A DNA stretch of 64,000 nt from contig CAWDXG010000004.1 of NCBI GenBank assembly GCA_963806225.1, positions 960,001 through 1,024,000 of the forward strand. Reading direction: 5' to 3'. The position numbers and the translations under genes were made by a program. The notes under the pieces were generated by a model. It ran no database searches. It saw only the letters and a list, made by a program, of their open reading frames with translations, and was not told the DNA's origin. Every line of letters begins with the position of its first letter. Positions within the stretch are counted from its first letter, which is position 1. This DNA comes from an uncultured delta proteobacterium (GTDB taxonomy: Bacteria > Myxococcota_A > Polyangia > Polyangiales > Polyangiaceae). Shown here piece after piece: positions 35,401 through 45,441 of the stretch.

Positions 35401-37367
35401 GCGTGCGCCTTCTTCACCAGCGTGACCAGCTCTTCGAGGATGCGCGAGATGTCGTAGTCCTTGGGCGTGTACACGGCGGCAACGCCCTCCTTCTCGAGCT
35501 GGGCGGCGTCGCTGTCCGGGATGATGCCGCCCGCCACGACGGGCACGTCGCCCGCGCCCTGCTCCTTCATTTCCTTCATCACCTCGCGCACGAGATCCAT
35601 GTGTGCGCCGCTCAGGATACTCAGGCCGACCAGGTGCACGCCCTCGTCAACAGCGGCGCGGGCGAGCTCGCGCGGCGTGACGCGGATCCCCTCGTAGACG
35701 ACCTCGAAGCCGGCGTCCCGGGCGCGCAGAGCGATCTGCTCGGCGCCGTTGGAGTGGCCGTCGAGGCCCGGCTTGCCGACGAGCAGCTTGGGGCGTCGGC
35801 CGAGCTCGCGGGCGAGCGCGTCGACTTCCTTCTGCAGGCGTTCGAGCTTGTCGTGGCCGCTCGCGGGGGTGCGGGCGCCGGCCACGCCGGTGGGTGCGCG
35901 GTACTCGCCGAACACCTCGCGCAGCACACTGCCCCACTCGCCCGTGGTGACGCCGGCCTTCGCGGCGGCGATCGACGCGGGCATGATGTTGTCGCCGCTC
36001 TGGGCCGCGGCGCGCAGCGCGTCGAGCGCCTGCTTCACGGCGCCGGCGTCGCGCTGGTTCCGCCAGGCTTCGAGCCGCGCGACCTGCTCCTTCTCCACGG
36101 ACGGATCGATGCGCAGGATGGTGTCGATGCCCTCGCCGGTGAGCGGGCTCTGGGCCGTCTCGACGTACTTGTTGACGCCGACGACGATATGCTCGCCGGC
36201 CTCGATGGCCGCGATGCGCGCCGCGTTGGAGGCGACCAATCGCTCCTTGATGTAGCCGCTCTCGACCGCGGGCACGGTGCCACCGCGCTCGAGCACGGCC
36301 TCCACCTCGGCCCAGGCCGCGTCGCGGATCGCGTTCGTGCGCTGTTCGACGACGGGCGAGCCGTCGAACAGATCGCCGTGCTCGAGCAGATCGGTCTCGA
36401 AAGCGAGGATCTGCTGGGCGCGCAGGCTCAGCTGTTGATCCCAGGGGCGCGGCAGGCCGAGCGCCTCGTTCCACGCGGGCAGCTGGATGGCGCGGGCGCG
36501 CGCCTTCTTGCTGAGCGTGACGCCGAGCATCTCCAGCACGATGCGCAGGATGTTGTTCTCGGGCTGCTGCTCGGTCAGGCCCAGCGAGTTGACCTGCACG
36601 CCATACCGGAAGCGGCGGAGCTTGGCGTCGTTCACCCGGTAGCGCTCGAGGCCAAGCCTGTCCCACAGCTCGACGAAGGCGCGCTGTTTGCACACCTCGT
36701 CGACGAAACGGATGCTGGAGTTGATGAAGAAGGAGAGCCGGCCGAACACGCGGTCGAGCTCGGCCTGGGCGATGCCGCGCTCCTTCACGGTATCGAGCAC
36801 GGCGATCGCGGTGGTGAGCGCGTAGGCGACCTCCTGCTCGGGCGTCGCGCCGGCCTCCTGCAGGTGGTAGCTGCAGATGTTGGTCGGGTTCCAGTCGGGA
36901 ACGTGCTCGACCGTGTACTGGATGGTGTCCGCGATCAGCCTCAGGCTGGGGCCGGGCGGGAACACATACGTGCCGCGCGACAGGTACTCCTTGATGATGT
37001 CGTTCTGCGTGGTGCCGCGGAGCTTCTTTACGTCGGCGCCCTGTTCCTCGGCGGCGGCGATGTAGAGGGCAAGCAACCACGCGGCCGTGGCGTTGATGGT
37101 CATCGAGGTGTTCATGCGCTCGAGCGCGATGCCCTCGAACAGTGCGCGCATGTCGCCCAGGTGGCAGATCGGCACCCCCGTGCGCCCGACCTCGCCCCGC
37201 GCCAGCGGCGAGTCGGAGTCGTAGCCGGTCTGCGTGGGCAGATCGAAGGCGACGCTCAGGCCCGTCTGGCCCTTGGCCAGGTTCTGGCGGTAGAGCTCGT
37301 TCGACGCTTTCGGGGTGCTGTGCCCCGAGTACGTCCGCATGATCCAGGGGCGATCCTTCTCGCTCAC
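35397..37367 (-). CDS. ecm: Ethylmalonyl-CoA mutase (MeaA/Ecm)
   Basis: DRPWIMRTYSGHS, GQTGLSVAFDLPTQ, NICSYHLQEAGA, VNSLGLTEQQPENN, B12 motif GKPGLDGHSNGAEQ. Confidence 0.93.
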   Translation of the reverse strand: MSEKDRPWIMRTYSGHSTPKASNELYRQNLAKGQTGLSVAFDLPTQTGYDSDSPLARGEVGRTGVPICHLGDMRALFEGIALERMNTSMTINATAAWLLALYIAAAEEQGADVKKLRGTTQNDIIKEYLSRGTYVFPPGPSLRLIADTIQYTVEHVPDWNPTNICSYHLQEAGATPEQEVAYALTTAIAVLDTVKERGIAQAELDRVFGRLSFFINSSIRFVDEVCKQRAFVELWDRLGLERYRVNDAKLRRFRYGVQVNSLGLTEQQPENNILRIVLEMLGVTLSKKARARAIQLPAWNEALGLPRPWDQQLSLRAQQILAFETDLLEHGDLFDGSPVVEQRTNAIRDAAWAEVEAVLERGGTVPAVESGYIKERLVASNAARIAAIEAGEHIVVGVNKYVETAQSPLTGEGIDTILRIDPSVEKEQVARLEAWRNQRDAGAVKQALDALRAAAQSGDNIMPASIAAAKAGVTTGEWGSVLREVFGEYRAPTGVAGARTPASGHDKLERLQKEVDALARELGRRPKLLVGKPGLDGHSNGAEQIALRARDAGFEVVYEGIRVTPRELARAAVDEGVHLVGLSILSGAHMDLVREVMKEMKEQGAGDVPVVAGGIIPDSDAAQLEKEGVAAVYTPKDYDISRILEELVTLVKKAHA

Positions 37368-37487
37368 GTGTCTCCTCCGTCGCGCGCTCGGCGCTCTCGC
37401 GCCCTAGATGTAGCGATTGTCAGCCGTGCGGTCGAGTCCGGGCGCCCTCTGCTTGACCGCGCGGGCCCCCCGGCTGGATCATGCGAA

Positions 37488-39398
37488 GTGGTGGAAAGGG
37501 CGGCGGAAGCGGCGGCAGACGTGCGCCAGGCGGGCGACTGGGTGCTCAAGCGGCGCCTCGGACGCGGCGCCATGGGCGAGGTGTGGCTCGGCTGGCACCA
37601 GCACTCGGAGAGCCGTGCGGCGGTCAAGCTGTTCCGCGAGCACGAGGCGCTGCGCGGGCGCGCGCGGCGCTTCTTCGACCGCGAGCGGCGCGCGGTAGCG
37701 CGGCTCCGGCACCCGAACGTGGTGAGCCTGTACGACGTGGGGCCCGACTTCATCGCGATGGCCTACATCGACGGCCCGAACCTCGCCCAGCGGGCGGCGA
37801 GCGGCATCGAACCGGCCACAGCGCTGACCATCGCACTGCAGATCGCCTCCGCGCTGTCGCACGCGCACGACAGCGGCGTGGTGCACCGCGACGTGAAGCC
37901 CGGCAACGTGCTGCTCGACTCGCAGGGCAACGCGTATCTGGGCGACTTCGGTCTGGCCACGCTCTTCGACGACGACGACCCCGACGAAAATGCCCGGGTG
38001 GGCACGCCGGGCTACATGGCGCCGGAACAGATCGCGGGTGGCGCCGTCGGCCCCGCCGCCGACCAATACGCGCTCGGGCGCACGCTTCTGGAGATGCTGC
38101 TCGGGCGGCTTCCGCCGCGGGACATCGAGCGCGCGTTTTCCGACCTGCCGGACGATCTGCCGGAGCCGCTCAGGGCCGCGCTCCGGCGCGCCTGCGCTCC
38201 GCATCCCGAGCAGCGCTTCGCGTCGGTGGCGGAGCTCTCGAGCGCGCTCTCGGGGATCGATCTGGGTGGCTACGAGACTCCGGCACGGCTCGCGCCGGAG
38301 CTGCGCATCCGCGCCCAGTTCGGCTGGGCCACGGCGCCGGCAAAGGTAGAGCGCGTCTCGCACGACATCGCGCGCGCGGACTACTCCGTGCACTCGCTGG
38401 CGCGCGCCGGCGTGCTCGCCGAAGCGCACGTGGATCGCTTCCTCGCAGAAAGCGGCTACCGCGACTTCGCCTGGTCTCTGTACGCGCACGAGAGCCGGCT
38501 CGGCTCGGTGTCGGACTCGGGCGTGCTGGCTCGCGCGTCGGATCTGGTGGTCCTGGCCCATGGCACGCTCTGCACGCGCGCGGTGTGGAGCCACGTGGCG
38601 GCGGCCATCTGCCGCGACAATGCGCGCGCCGTGGTGCTGGTTCCGGATCATCTCGGCTCCGGCGAAAGTCCGCTGCAACCTTCTGCGGGCGCGGCGCACC
38701 TGGCCCCCCAGGCCGTCGTCCGCACCTTGCAGCACTGGCTGGATCTGCTCTCGGTGCGCGACCTGCCGACGGTGCTGGTCGGGCACTCGGCGGCCGCGGT
38801 GGCGCTCTTGTCGGTACCGGACGAGGCGCTCGGCGAACGCATGTCGCGCGTGGCGGTGACACCCGTCTATCCCTTTGCCCATTGGGGCCTGCGGCTCCAG
38901 CTCGACCTTGCCGCGCTGCTGCTCGCCACGCTGGGTCGCATCCCGGTCATGAAGGAGCTGCTCGGACGGCTCGGGCTCAGGAGCCCCGAGACGCGCGGCT
39001 ACACCGAAGCCGAGCGCGCCAGCATGCTGGAGCAGTTCCGCCAGGTCCCGATACGGCCGATGGCGGCGCTCACGCGTGAGGTCGCGCGCGCGCAACCGGA
39101 AAGCGCGGACCGGCTCGACCGCTGCTCCATCGTCATCGGGCAGGACGATCCGCTGACCCCCGCGTGGCGCGCGCTGTCCGCCCTGGACAAGCTCGGCTTC
39201 CCGAAGCGCAGCATCTACAGGGTCGCCAGCGGCGGTCACAACCCGCACATGGAAAGGGACGACCACCCCGAGTGGACCATGCGCAACGTCGACGATCTGG
39301 CGCGCGTCGTGGAGTCGATGCTGGTCTCGGCGCGCGAGGGCGCGCCCTCGAGCACCGTGCTCGAGAGCACGCTCATCGCCGACAGCGACGGACCCTAG
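37488..39398 (+). CDS. Ser/Thr protein kinase fused to an alpha/beta hydrolase (start approximate)
   Basis: LGRGAMGEV, AVK, HRDVKPGN, DFG, GTPGYMAPE; then LAHG, PDHLGSGES, GHSAA, GQDDP, GGHNPH. Confidence 0.88.
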   Translation: MVERAAEAAADVRQAGDWVLKRRLGRGAMGEVWLGWHQHSESRAAVKLFREHEALRGRARRFFDRERRAVARLRHPNVVSLYDVGPDFIAMAYIDGPNLAQRAASGIEPATALTIALQIASALSHAHDSGVVHRDVKPGNVLLDSQGNAYLGDFGLATLFDDDDPDENARVGTPGYMAPEQIAGGAVGPAADQYALGRTLLEMLLGRLPPRDIERAFSDLPDDLPEPLRAALRRACAPHPEQRFASVAELSSALSGIDLGGYETPARLAPELRIRAQFGWATAPAKVERVSHDIARADYSVHSLARAGVLAEAHVDRFLAESGYRDFAWSLYAHESRLGSVSDSGVLARASDLVVLAHGTLCTRAVWSHVAAAICRDNARAVVLVPDHLGSGESPLQPSAGAAHLAPQAVVRTLQHWLDLLSVRDLPTVLVGHSAAAVALLSVPDEALGERMSRVAVTPVYPFAHWGLRLQLDLAALLLATLGRIPVMKELLGRLGLRSPETRGYTEAERASMLEQFRQVPIRPMAALTREVARAQPESADRLDRCSIVIGQDDPLTPAWRALSALDKLGFPKRSIYRVASGGHNPHMERDDHPEWTMRNVDDLARVVESMLVSAREGAPSSTVLESTLIADSDGP

Positions 39399-39415
39399 GC
39401 GCTATAGTCGGCGTC

Positions 39416-40402
39416 ATGCAGATCGCGAAGACCAGGCTGGGCCGCACGGGACCGGAAGTGCACCCGGTAGGCCTCGGGTGCATGGGGCTATCGGGGATGT
39501 ACGGCCCCACGACGGACGAACAGGGCATCGCGACGATCCACGCCGCCATCGAGCGCGGCATCACGCTGCTCGACACGGGCGACTTCTACGGCATGGGGCA
39601 CAACGAGCTTCTGATCCGCCGCGCCATCGAAGGCAAACGCGATCGCGTGCTCCTGTCGGTGAAGTTCGGCGCGCTCAGGACGCCCGCCGGCGGCTGGAGC
39701 GGCATCGACACGCGGCCCGCCGCGGTGAAGAACTTCGCGGCCTACAGTCTGAAGCGTCTCGGCGCGGAGGTCATCGACATCTACCGACCCGCAAGGCTCG
39801 ACCCGCAAGTACCGATCGAGGACACGGTGGGCGCGATCAAGGATCTGATCGACAAGGGTTATGTCCGCTACGTCGGCCTGTCCGAGGTGGGCGTCGACAC
39901 AATCCGTCGCGCGCATGCGGTGCACCCGATCGTCGATCTGCAGATCGAGTACTCGCTCGTCAGCCGTCGGCCCGAAGAGAAGCTCTTCTCCGCGCTCGCG
40001 GAGCTCGGCATCAGCGCGACGCTCTACGGGGTGCTGTCGCGCGGGCTCCTGGTCGGAAGGAAGGCGGACCGACCCGGCGATTCGCGGAGTCGCTTTCCGC
40101 GCTTCTCCAGCGACCACCTCGCGCACAATGAGCAGCTTTCGCAAAAGCTCGCGGATTTCGCCGCCGCGCGCGGTAGCACGCCCGGTCAGGTCGCCATCGC
40201 CTGGGTGCTCGAGAAACAGCCAACCCTGGTCCCGTTGGTGGGCGCCCGCACGGCCGAGCAGCTCGACGACGCGCTCGGCGCGCTGGACAAGCCGCTCTCG
40301 GCCGCCGATGTCGCCGAGCTCGAGGAACTGATCCCGCACGACGCCGCCCGCGGCACGCGCTACCACCCGGCGCAGATGGCGCATCTGGACAGCGAGCGCT
40401 GA
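39416..40402 (+). CDS. Aldo/keto reductase
   Basis: GLGCMGLS, LDTGDFYG, SLKRLG, VGLSE, QIEYSL. Confidence 0.93.
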   Translation: MQIAKTRLGRTGPEVHPVGLGCMGLSGMYGPTTDEQGIATIHAAIERGITLLDTGDFYGMGHNELLIRRAIEGKRDRVLLSVKFGALRTPAGGWSGIDTRPAAVKNFAAYSLKRLGAEVIDIYRPARLDPQVPIEDTVGAIKDLIDKGYVRYVGLSEVGVDTIRRAHAVHPIVDLQIEYSLVSRRPEEKLFSALAELGISATLYGVLSRGLLVGRKADRPGDSRSRFPRFSSDHLAHNEQLSQKLADFAAARGSTPGQVAIAWVLEKQPTLVPLVGARTAEQLDDALGALDKPLSAADVAELEELIPHDAARGTRYHPAQMAHLDSER

Positions 40403-40403
40403 T

Positions 40404-40961
40404 TCAAGCCGTGAACGAGGCCTGTGCCAGCTTCGCCGTGTGCTCGCGCACGTCGGCGGGCCAATCGCGAATGAGCTCGCCGAAGCGCGCCGCGTCGCCG
40501 GCGTAGAGCGCTCGCGACGCTTCCTCGTAGCCCGGCAGGTTGCCGGCCATGGCAGACATGAAACGCCCGGCGGCATCGCGTGCGCGGCGGGTGCGCTCGG
40601 CGGCCGGCTCGCGCTTCTTGGCTTCCTCCACCAGCCTGCGCAGCGCGGCGGAGATGCCGTTCGGTTGCTCCTCGAGCCATTCCCAGTGGCGGGGCAGCAG
40701 CGACACTTCGCGCGAGACCACGCCGAGACGGGGCCTGCCGGGGCCGCTGCGCCTGGGAGGCAGCGCGCGTTCGACCACGTCCCCGGCGCTGCCCCGGAAG
40801 TCGAAATCGACCTGGCGCCCTGTCTGGTCCTCGAAGATCAGCACCTCGCCGACCCTGCCCCGGTCGAGCTCCGCCTTGGTCTCGAGCAGCATGTGGCGGA
40901 GATCACCGGCGGCGATCAGACGCTCGCCTGCGAAAGCCGAGTAGGTCCGTTCATCGGTCAT
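40404..40961 (-). CDS. DUF2239 family protein
   Basis: IFEDQTGRQVDFD, GPGRPRLGVVSREVSLLPRHWEWL, MAGNLPGYEEASRALYA, WPADVR. Confidence 0.85.
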   Translation of the reverse strand: MTDERTYSAFAGERLIAAGDLRHMLLETKAELDRGRVGEVLIFEDQTGRQVDFDFRGSAGDVVERALPPRRSGPGRPRLGVVSREVSLLPRHWEWLEEQPNGISAALRRLVEEAKKREPAAERTRRARDAAGRFMSAMAGNLPGYEEASRALYAGDAARFGELIRDWPADVREHTAKLAQASFTA

Positions 40962-40969
40962 GGCAGGGA

Positions 40970-41014
40970 ATAGTACCCGGGTAGAATAGGCTGTCAATAT
41001 TACCCGGATAGAAT
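40970..41014 (-). promoter_or_regulatory. Sigma-70 promoter with two 14-bp operator repeats
   Basis: Minus strand TTGACA (40992-40997), N16, TACTAT (40970-40975); repeats TACCCGGGTAGAAT (40974) and TACCCGGATAGAAT (41001). Confidence 0.75.
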
Positions 41015-41030
41015 TCTGCGACACGGCAGG

Positions 41031-41813
41031 ATGCTACCGTTGCGGGCCTTGACCGGTCCCTACCGACAGAGCGGGGCGCGCGGGCCGCAGCGCGGCTTTT
41101 TCTGCCCCGGCTGCGGCCGACAGGTGGAGCGCGACCTGCGCCACTGCCCCGAGTGCGGCATCGGCATCGCGACGGTGCGCTGCAGCGCCTGTTTCCACAT
41201 GAACGTGCCGGACGACGCGTTGTGCGGCGCGTGCGGGCAGCCACTGGGGCTCGAGCCAGTCGGCGAACCGACGTACATCCTCTGCACGCGCTGCAAGAAG
41301 CCCATGCAGTCGTTCCGCGGCGGCCCCGGATCGCTCTACGACTGCGGAAGCTGTGGCGGGCAATTCGTCGAGCACCAGCTGCTCCACGACCTGCTCGAGC
41401 GCCGCGAGCGCTACGGCGAAACAGCCCCCCGCCGGGCTCCGCGCTTCGATCCAAGCGGAGACCCCGTCGTGTATGTGAAGTGCCCGCTCTGCCAGATGAC
41501 CATGAACCGCAAGAACTTCGGCCGGTCGAGCGGCGTGATCGTCGATGTGTGCGCGCGCCACGGCACCTGGTTCGACATCGGCGAGCTGCCGCGCGTCCTG
41601 GCCTTCGTGGAGGGCGGCGGGCTCATCGAAGCTCGACGGCGCGAGCAGGACGAAAAAGCGCGGCAGGCCGCACACGAACGCTCTGAGCGGGCCGCCGGGA
41701 ATCTGGGCGCCCTGTCCAGACCTGTGCGACAGGGCCCGTTCCACGACGGCGGGAGCACGGGCGTCGATGGCGCCCTGGGTCTGCTATCGTTTCTCAGGGA
41801 CCTCCTGTCCTGA
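41031..41813 (+). CDS. Multi zinc-ribbon protein (double zinc ribbon plus zf-TFIIB-like)
   Basis: CPGC, CPEC, CSAC, CGAC, CTRC, CGSC, CPLC, CARHGTWFDIGEL. Confidence 0.85.
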   Translation: MLPLRALTGPYRQSGARGPQRGFFCPGCGRQVERDLRHCPECGIGIATVRCSACFHMNVPDDALCGACGQPLGLEPVGEPTYILCTRCKKPMQSFRGGPGSLYDCGSCGGQFVEHQLLHDLLERRERYGETAPRRAPRFDPSGDPVVYVKCPLCQMTMNRKNFGRSSGVIVDVCARHGTWFDIGELPRVLAFVEGGGLIEARRREQDEKARQAAHERSERAAGNLGALSRPVRQGPFHDGGSTGVDGALGLLSFLRDLLS

Positions 41814-41879
41814 CCGGACCGCGCCCGCGTCGGCTCGACACCGGCGGGCGAAGTGGTCAAATTCGCTGGGTCCAATCCA

Positions 41880-42230
41880 ATGAGCCCGAAAAAGCCGAAC
41901 GAACCCGGAAAAGCGCCGGAACACGAGGATGATCTCGCCGTCGTCGAGCGGCCAAAGACAAAAAAGCCGCGCCGCTACCAGGTGGTCTTGCACAACGACG
42001 ACTACACCACCATGGAGTTCGTGGTGCACGTGCTGATGAAGTTCTTCCACAAGAGCGAAACCGAGGCGACGCAGATCATGCTCCACGTCCATCACAGAGG
42101 GTACGGCATCGTCGGCCTGTTCACGCGCGACGTGGCCGAGTCCAAGGCCGTCCAGGTGACGGACTATGCGAAGGAGCACGGTCATCCGCTCAAGTGCACG
42201 GCGGAACCAGAAGGCTTCGACGAGAACTGA
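41880..42230 (+). CDS. clpS: ClpS adaptor
   Basis: YQVVLHNDDYTTMEFVV, IMLHVH, HPLKCT. Confidence 0.95.
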   Translation: MSPKKPNEPGKAPEHEDDLAVVERPKTKKPRRYQVVLHNDDYTTMEFVVHVLMKFFHKSETEATQIMLHVHHRGYGIVGLFTRDVAESKAVQVTDYAKEHGHPLKCTAEPEGFDEN

Positions 42231-42250
42231 GGGCAGCCGAGCGACCCGCC

Positions 42251-44569
42251 ATGAAAGTCAGCGCCGAAGTCGAAATTGCCGTCTCCCTCGCCGCCCGCGA
42301 GGCGCAGCGCCGCCGCCACGACATGACCACCGTGGAGCACCTGCTCTATGCCCTGCTCCACGACGACGCGACCACGCGCATCGTCAAGAAGAGCGGCGGC
42401 AACGTTGCAGCGCATCAAGGCCGAGCTCGAGCGCGTGTTCGACGAGGACATGCCGATCAGGCTCCGGAGGAGCATCCGCTCACGCCCGCGCCGTCGCGCG
42501 GGTTCCAGCGAGTGCTGCAACGGGCCGCCATCCACGTGGAGTCGAGCGGAAAGGAGGAGCTGCGCGGCTACAACGTGCTCATCGCGATCTTCGCCGAGGT
42601 GGATTCGCCTGCGGTCCACGCGCTGGAGCTGGGCGGGCTCGGCCGCTACGACGTGGTCAACTACGTCTCGCACGGGGTCAGCACCGATGGCGACGACGAG
42701 CTGGAGGGCGTCACCGAAGGCGAGCTGGACGAGGACGAAGAGGACGAGGAATCCGGCGAGAAGGACCCTCTGGCGCGGTTCGCCGTCAACCTGAACGAGC
42801 GCGCCGAGGCGGGCGACATCGAGCCGCTGGTCGGCCGCGAGAAGGAGCTGCGCCGCGCGATCCAGGTGCTCAGCCGGCGCAAGAAGAACAATCCGATGTT
42901 CGTAGGCGACGCCGGCGTGGGCAAGACGGCCATCGTCGAAGGCCTGGCGGCGAAGATCGCCGCGGGCGAGGTTCCGAAGCCGCTCGAAAACGCCGTCATC
43001 TACGCGTTGGACATGGGCTCGCTGCTGGCGGGGACGAAGTTCCGCGGCGACTTCGAGAATCGCGTCAAGGCGGTGCTCAAGGCGCTGGAGAAGCGGCCCG
43101 GCTCGGTCCTGTTCGTGGACGAGCTGCACACCGTCATCGGCGCGGGCGCTGCCAGTGGCGGCACCATGGACGCGGCGAACATGCTCAAGCCCGCCCTGGC
43201 CAGCGGCAAGCTGCGCTGCATCGGTGCAACCACGTTCGAGGAATTCAGAACCCACCTCGAACGCGACCGCGCGCTGGCCCGCCGCTTCCAGAAGATCGAG
43301 GTGCTCGAGCCCACGCTGGAAGAGACGATCCTGATCCTCAAGGGCCTGCAGCCGCGCTACGAAGAGTTCCACGAGGTGAGCTACACCGAAGAAGCCATCG
43401 AGGCCGCCGGCACGCTTGCTCAACGCCACCTGCACGACCGAAAACTGCCCGACAAGGCCATCGATCTGATGGACGAGGCCGGCGCCGACGCCAAACTGGA
43501 AGAGGGACCGGGCTCGACCGTGGACGTCGACCGTATCGAGGCGGTAGTCGCGCGCATGGCGCAGATCCCGCCGCGCCAGGTGAGCGCCGACGACAAGAGC
43601 GCGCTCAGGAGCCTGGAGGCCGATCTCAAGAAGGTCGTTTTCGGGCAGGACCGCGCCATCCAGGAGCTAGCCACGGCGATCAAGCTCAGCCGCGCTGGGC
43701 TCAGACCGCCGGAAAAGCCCATCGGCTCGTACCTTTTCACGGGTCCCACGGGCGTCGGCAAGACCGAGGTCGCGCGGCAGCTCGCCAGCACGTTGGGCAT
43801 CGAGCTCATCCGCTTCGACATGAGCGAGTACATGGAGCGACACACCGTCTCCCGCCTGATCGGCGCGCCGCCCGGCTACGTGGGCTTCGACCGCGGCGGT
43901 CTACTGACGGAAGCCATCGCCAAGACGCCGCACGCCGTGCTGCTGCTCGACGAGATCGAGAAGGCGCACCCGGACGTATTCAACGTGCTCCTGCAGGTGA
44001 TGGATCACGGCGTGCTCACCGACAACAACGGCAAGAAGAGCGATTTCCGCCACGTCGTGCTGATCATGACCAGCAACGTCGGCGCGGCCGACATCGCGCG
44101 GCGACCGCTTGGTTTCGGCGACCGCTCGACCTCGGGGCGCGAGGACATCGCGATGAAGAGCACATTCAGCCCCGAGTTCAGGAACCGCCTGGACGCGCGC
44201 ATCTCGTTCGATCCGCTGACCCCGGGGGTGATGGAGTACATCGTCGACAAGTTCGTGAAGGAGCTGGGCGAACAGCTGTCCGAGCGCGAAGTGACGGTGG
44301 AGCTGACAGACCGAGCGCGCGTGTACCTGGCCGACAAGGGCTACGACAAGGACAACGGCGCGCGGCCGCTGGCGCGGCTGATGCAGGACGAGCTCAAGCG
44401 GCCGCTCGGCGACGAGCTCCTGTTCGGCAAGCTCGAGCACGGTGGGCACGTCAGCGTGGACTTCCGCGAGGGTGCGATCACCTTCGACATCAAGGGACGC
44501 GACGCGCCCGACGACAAGAAGCGCAACCGCAAGAAGAAGAAGCCGGAGCCGGAGCCCGCTACGTCCTGA
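42251..44569 (+). CDS. clpA: ATP-dependent Clp protease ATP-binding subunit ClpA
   Basis: RRKKNNP, GVGKT twice, [30 protein letters not shown]; local compensating frameshifts near 42410-42460. Confidence 0.95.
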   Translation: MKVSAEVEIAVSLAAREAQRRRHDMTTVEHLLYALLHDDATTRIVKKSGGNVAAHQGRARARVRRGHADQAPEEHPLTPAPSRGFQRVLQRAAIHVESSGKEELRGYNVLIAIFAEVDSPAVHALELGGLGRYDVVNYVSHGVSTDGDDELEGVTEGELDEDEEDEESGEKDPLARFAVNLNERAEAGDIEPLVGREKELRRAIQVLSRRKKNNPMFVGDAGVGKTAIVEGLAAKIAAGEVPKPLENAVIYALDMGSLLAGTKFRGDFENRVKAVLKALEKRPGSVLFVDELHTVIGAGAASGGTMDAANMLKPALASGKLRCIGATTFEEFRTHLERDRALARRFQKIEVLEPTLEETILILKGLQPRYEEFHEVSYTEEAIEAAGTLAQRHLHDRKLPDKAIDLMDEAGADAKLEEGPGSTVDVDRIEAVVARMAQIPPRQVSADDKSALRSLEADLKKVVFGQDRAIQELATAIKLSRAGLRPPEKPIGSYLFTGPTGVGKTEVARQLASTLGIELIRFDMSEYMERHTVSRLIGAPPGYVGFDRGGLLTEAIAKTPHAVLLLDEIEKAHPDVFNVLLQVMDHGVLTDNNGKKSDFRHVVLIMTSNVGAADIARRPLGFGDRSTSGREDIAMKSTFSPEFRNRLDARISFDPLTPGVMEYIVDKFVKELGEQLSEREVTVELTDRARVYLADKGYDKDNGARPLARLMQDELKRPLGDELLFGKLEHGGHVSVDFREGAITFDIKGRDAPDDKKRNRKKKKPEPEPATS

Positions 44570-44657
44570 GCTGAACGCCGCTCAGCCGGCTCCGCCGTCG
44601 CGCTCGAGCGCGCAAGCCCACTTGCTGTTGTGGCACGTGCACGACGCTTGCCATAGG

Positions 44658-45419
44658 CTACGCGCAGGCGGGGCAGCCGATTGGACAGGTCGTCTGGCCC
44701 GCGCTGGGCGTGATGCACTTCGGATACGGCGACGAGGGGCCGCCCTGCTCCACCATGCAGCACAGCTGGCCACTGGTGCAGAACGTGTTGCCGCAGCAGA
44801 ACTGACCGGCGGGGGGCTGCTTCTGCACGGCACACGGCGGCGCGCTGCACGCCGTGCCGCCCGGCGCGTAGCCGCAGTACGGATGCGCGCCGCCGCAGGC
44901 GTTGCCGCAGCTGCCGCAGTTGTTGATGTCGTTGGCGGTGTTGACGCAGCCGCCGCTGCAGCAGGTGAGACCAGGACCGCAGTTGCCGCTCGGGCCGCAC
45001 CCCGGGCCGCCGCCGCTGCCGCCGCTGCCTGTGCTGCACTGCCAGTGACCGGCGTGGCAGGTGCACGACATACCGCTGCCCGGTCCGGCAGTGCCGCATC
45101 CCATGCCTTCCTGGCAGCACGGCGCGCCGTCCGGACCGCAGGTGCCCGGATCTATGCAGCCGCCGCTGCCGCCGGTGTTGCCGCCGCTGCCGCCGGTGTT
45201 GCCGCCGCTGCCGCCGGTGCTGCCGCCGCTGCCACCCTTCGCGCCGCTGCCTCCCGAACCGCCGCTAGTGCCTGCACCGCTACCGCCGCTGGACGTAGCG
45301 CCGCTACCGCCACTGCCGCCGGAGCTGTTGCCACTCGTCGTGGAGCCGCCGCATGCGCCCACGCCGGAGACGGCGATCACCGAAAGCCAGAACAGAACCG
45401 GAAAGCGATAATGAAGCAC
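44658..45419 (-). CDS. Cys/Gly-rich lipoprotein
   Basis: Lipobox VGAC; GGSGGNT repeats; CCSGGCVNTANDINNCGSCGNAC (Stig1-like). Confidence 0.8.
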   Translation of the reverse strand: MLHYRFPVLFWLSVIAVSGVGACGGSTTSGNSSGGSGGSGATSSGGSGAGTSGGSGGSGAKGGSGGSTGGSGGNTGGSGGNTGGSGGCIDPGTCGPDGAPCCQEGMGCGTAGPGSGMSCTCHAGHWQCSTGSGGSGGGPGCGPSGNCGPGLTCCSGGCVNTANDINNCGSCGNACGGAHPYCGYAPGGTACSAPPCAVQKQPPAGQFCCGNTFCTSGQLCCMVEQGGPSSPYPKCITPSAGQTTCPIGCPACA

Positions 45420-45441
45420 AGCGAGATCCTTTCTCGAAAGA

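Noticed and set aside
35238..37487. N-terminal ~750 aa of the 1386-aa ORF
   Set aside because: Antisense shadow of ecm; real coding starts near 37488
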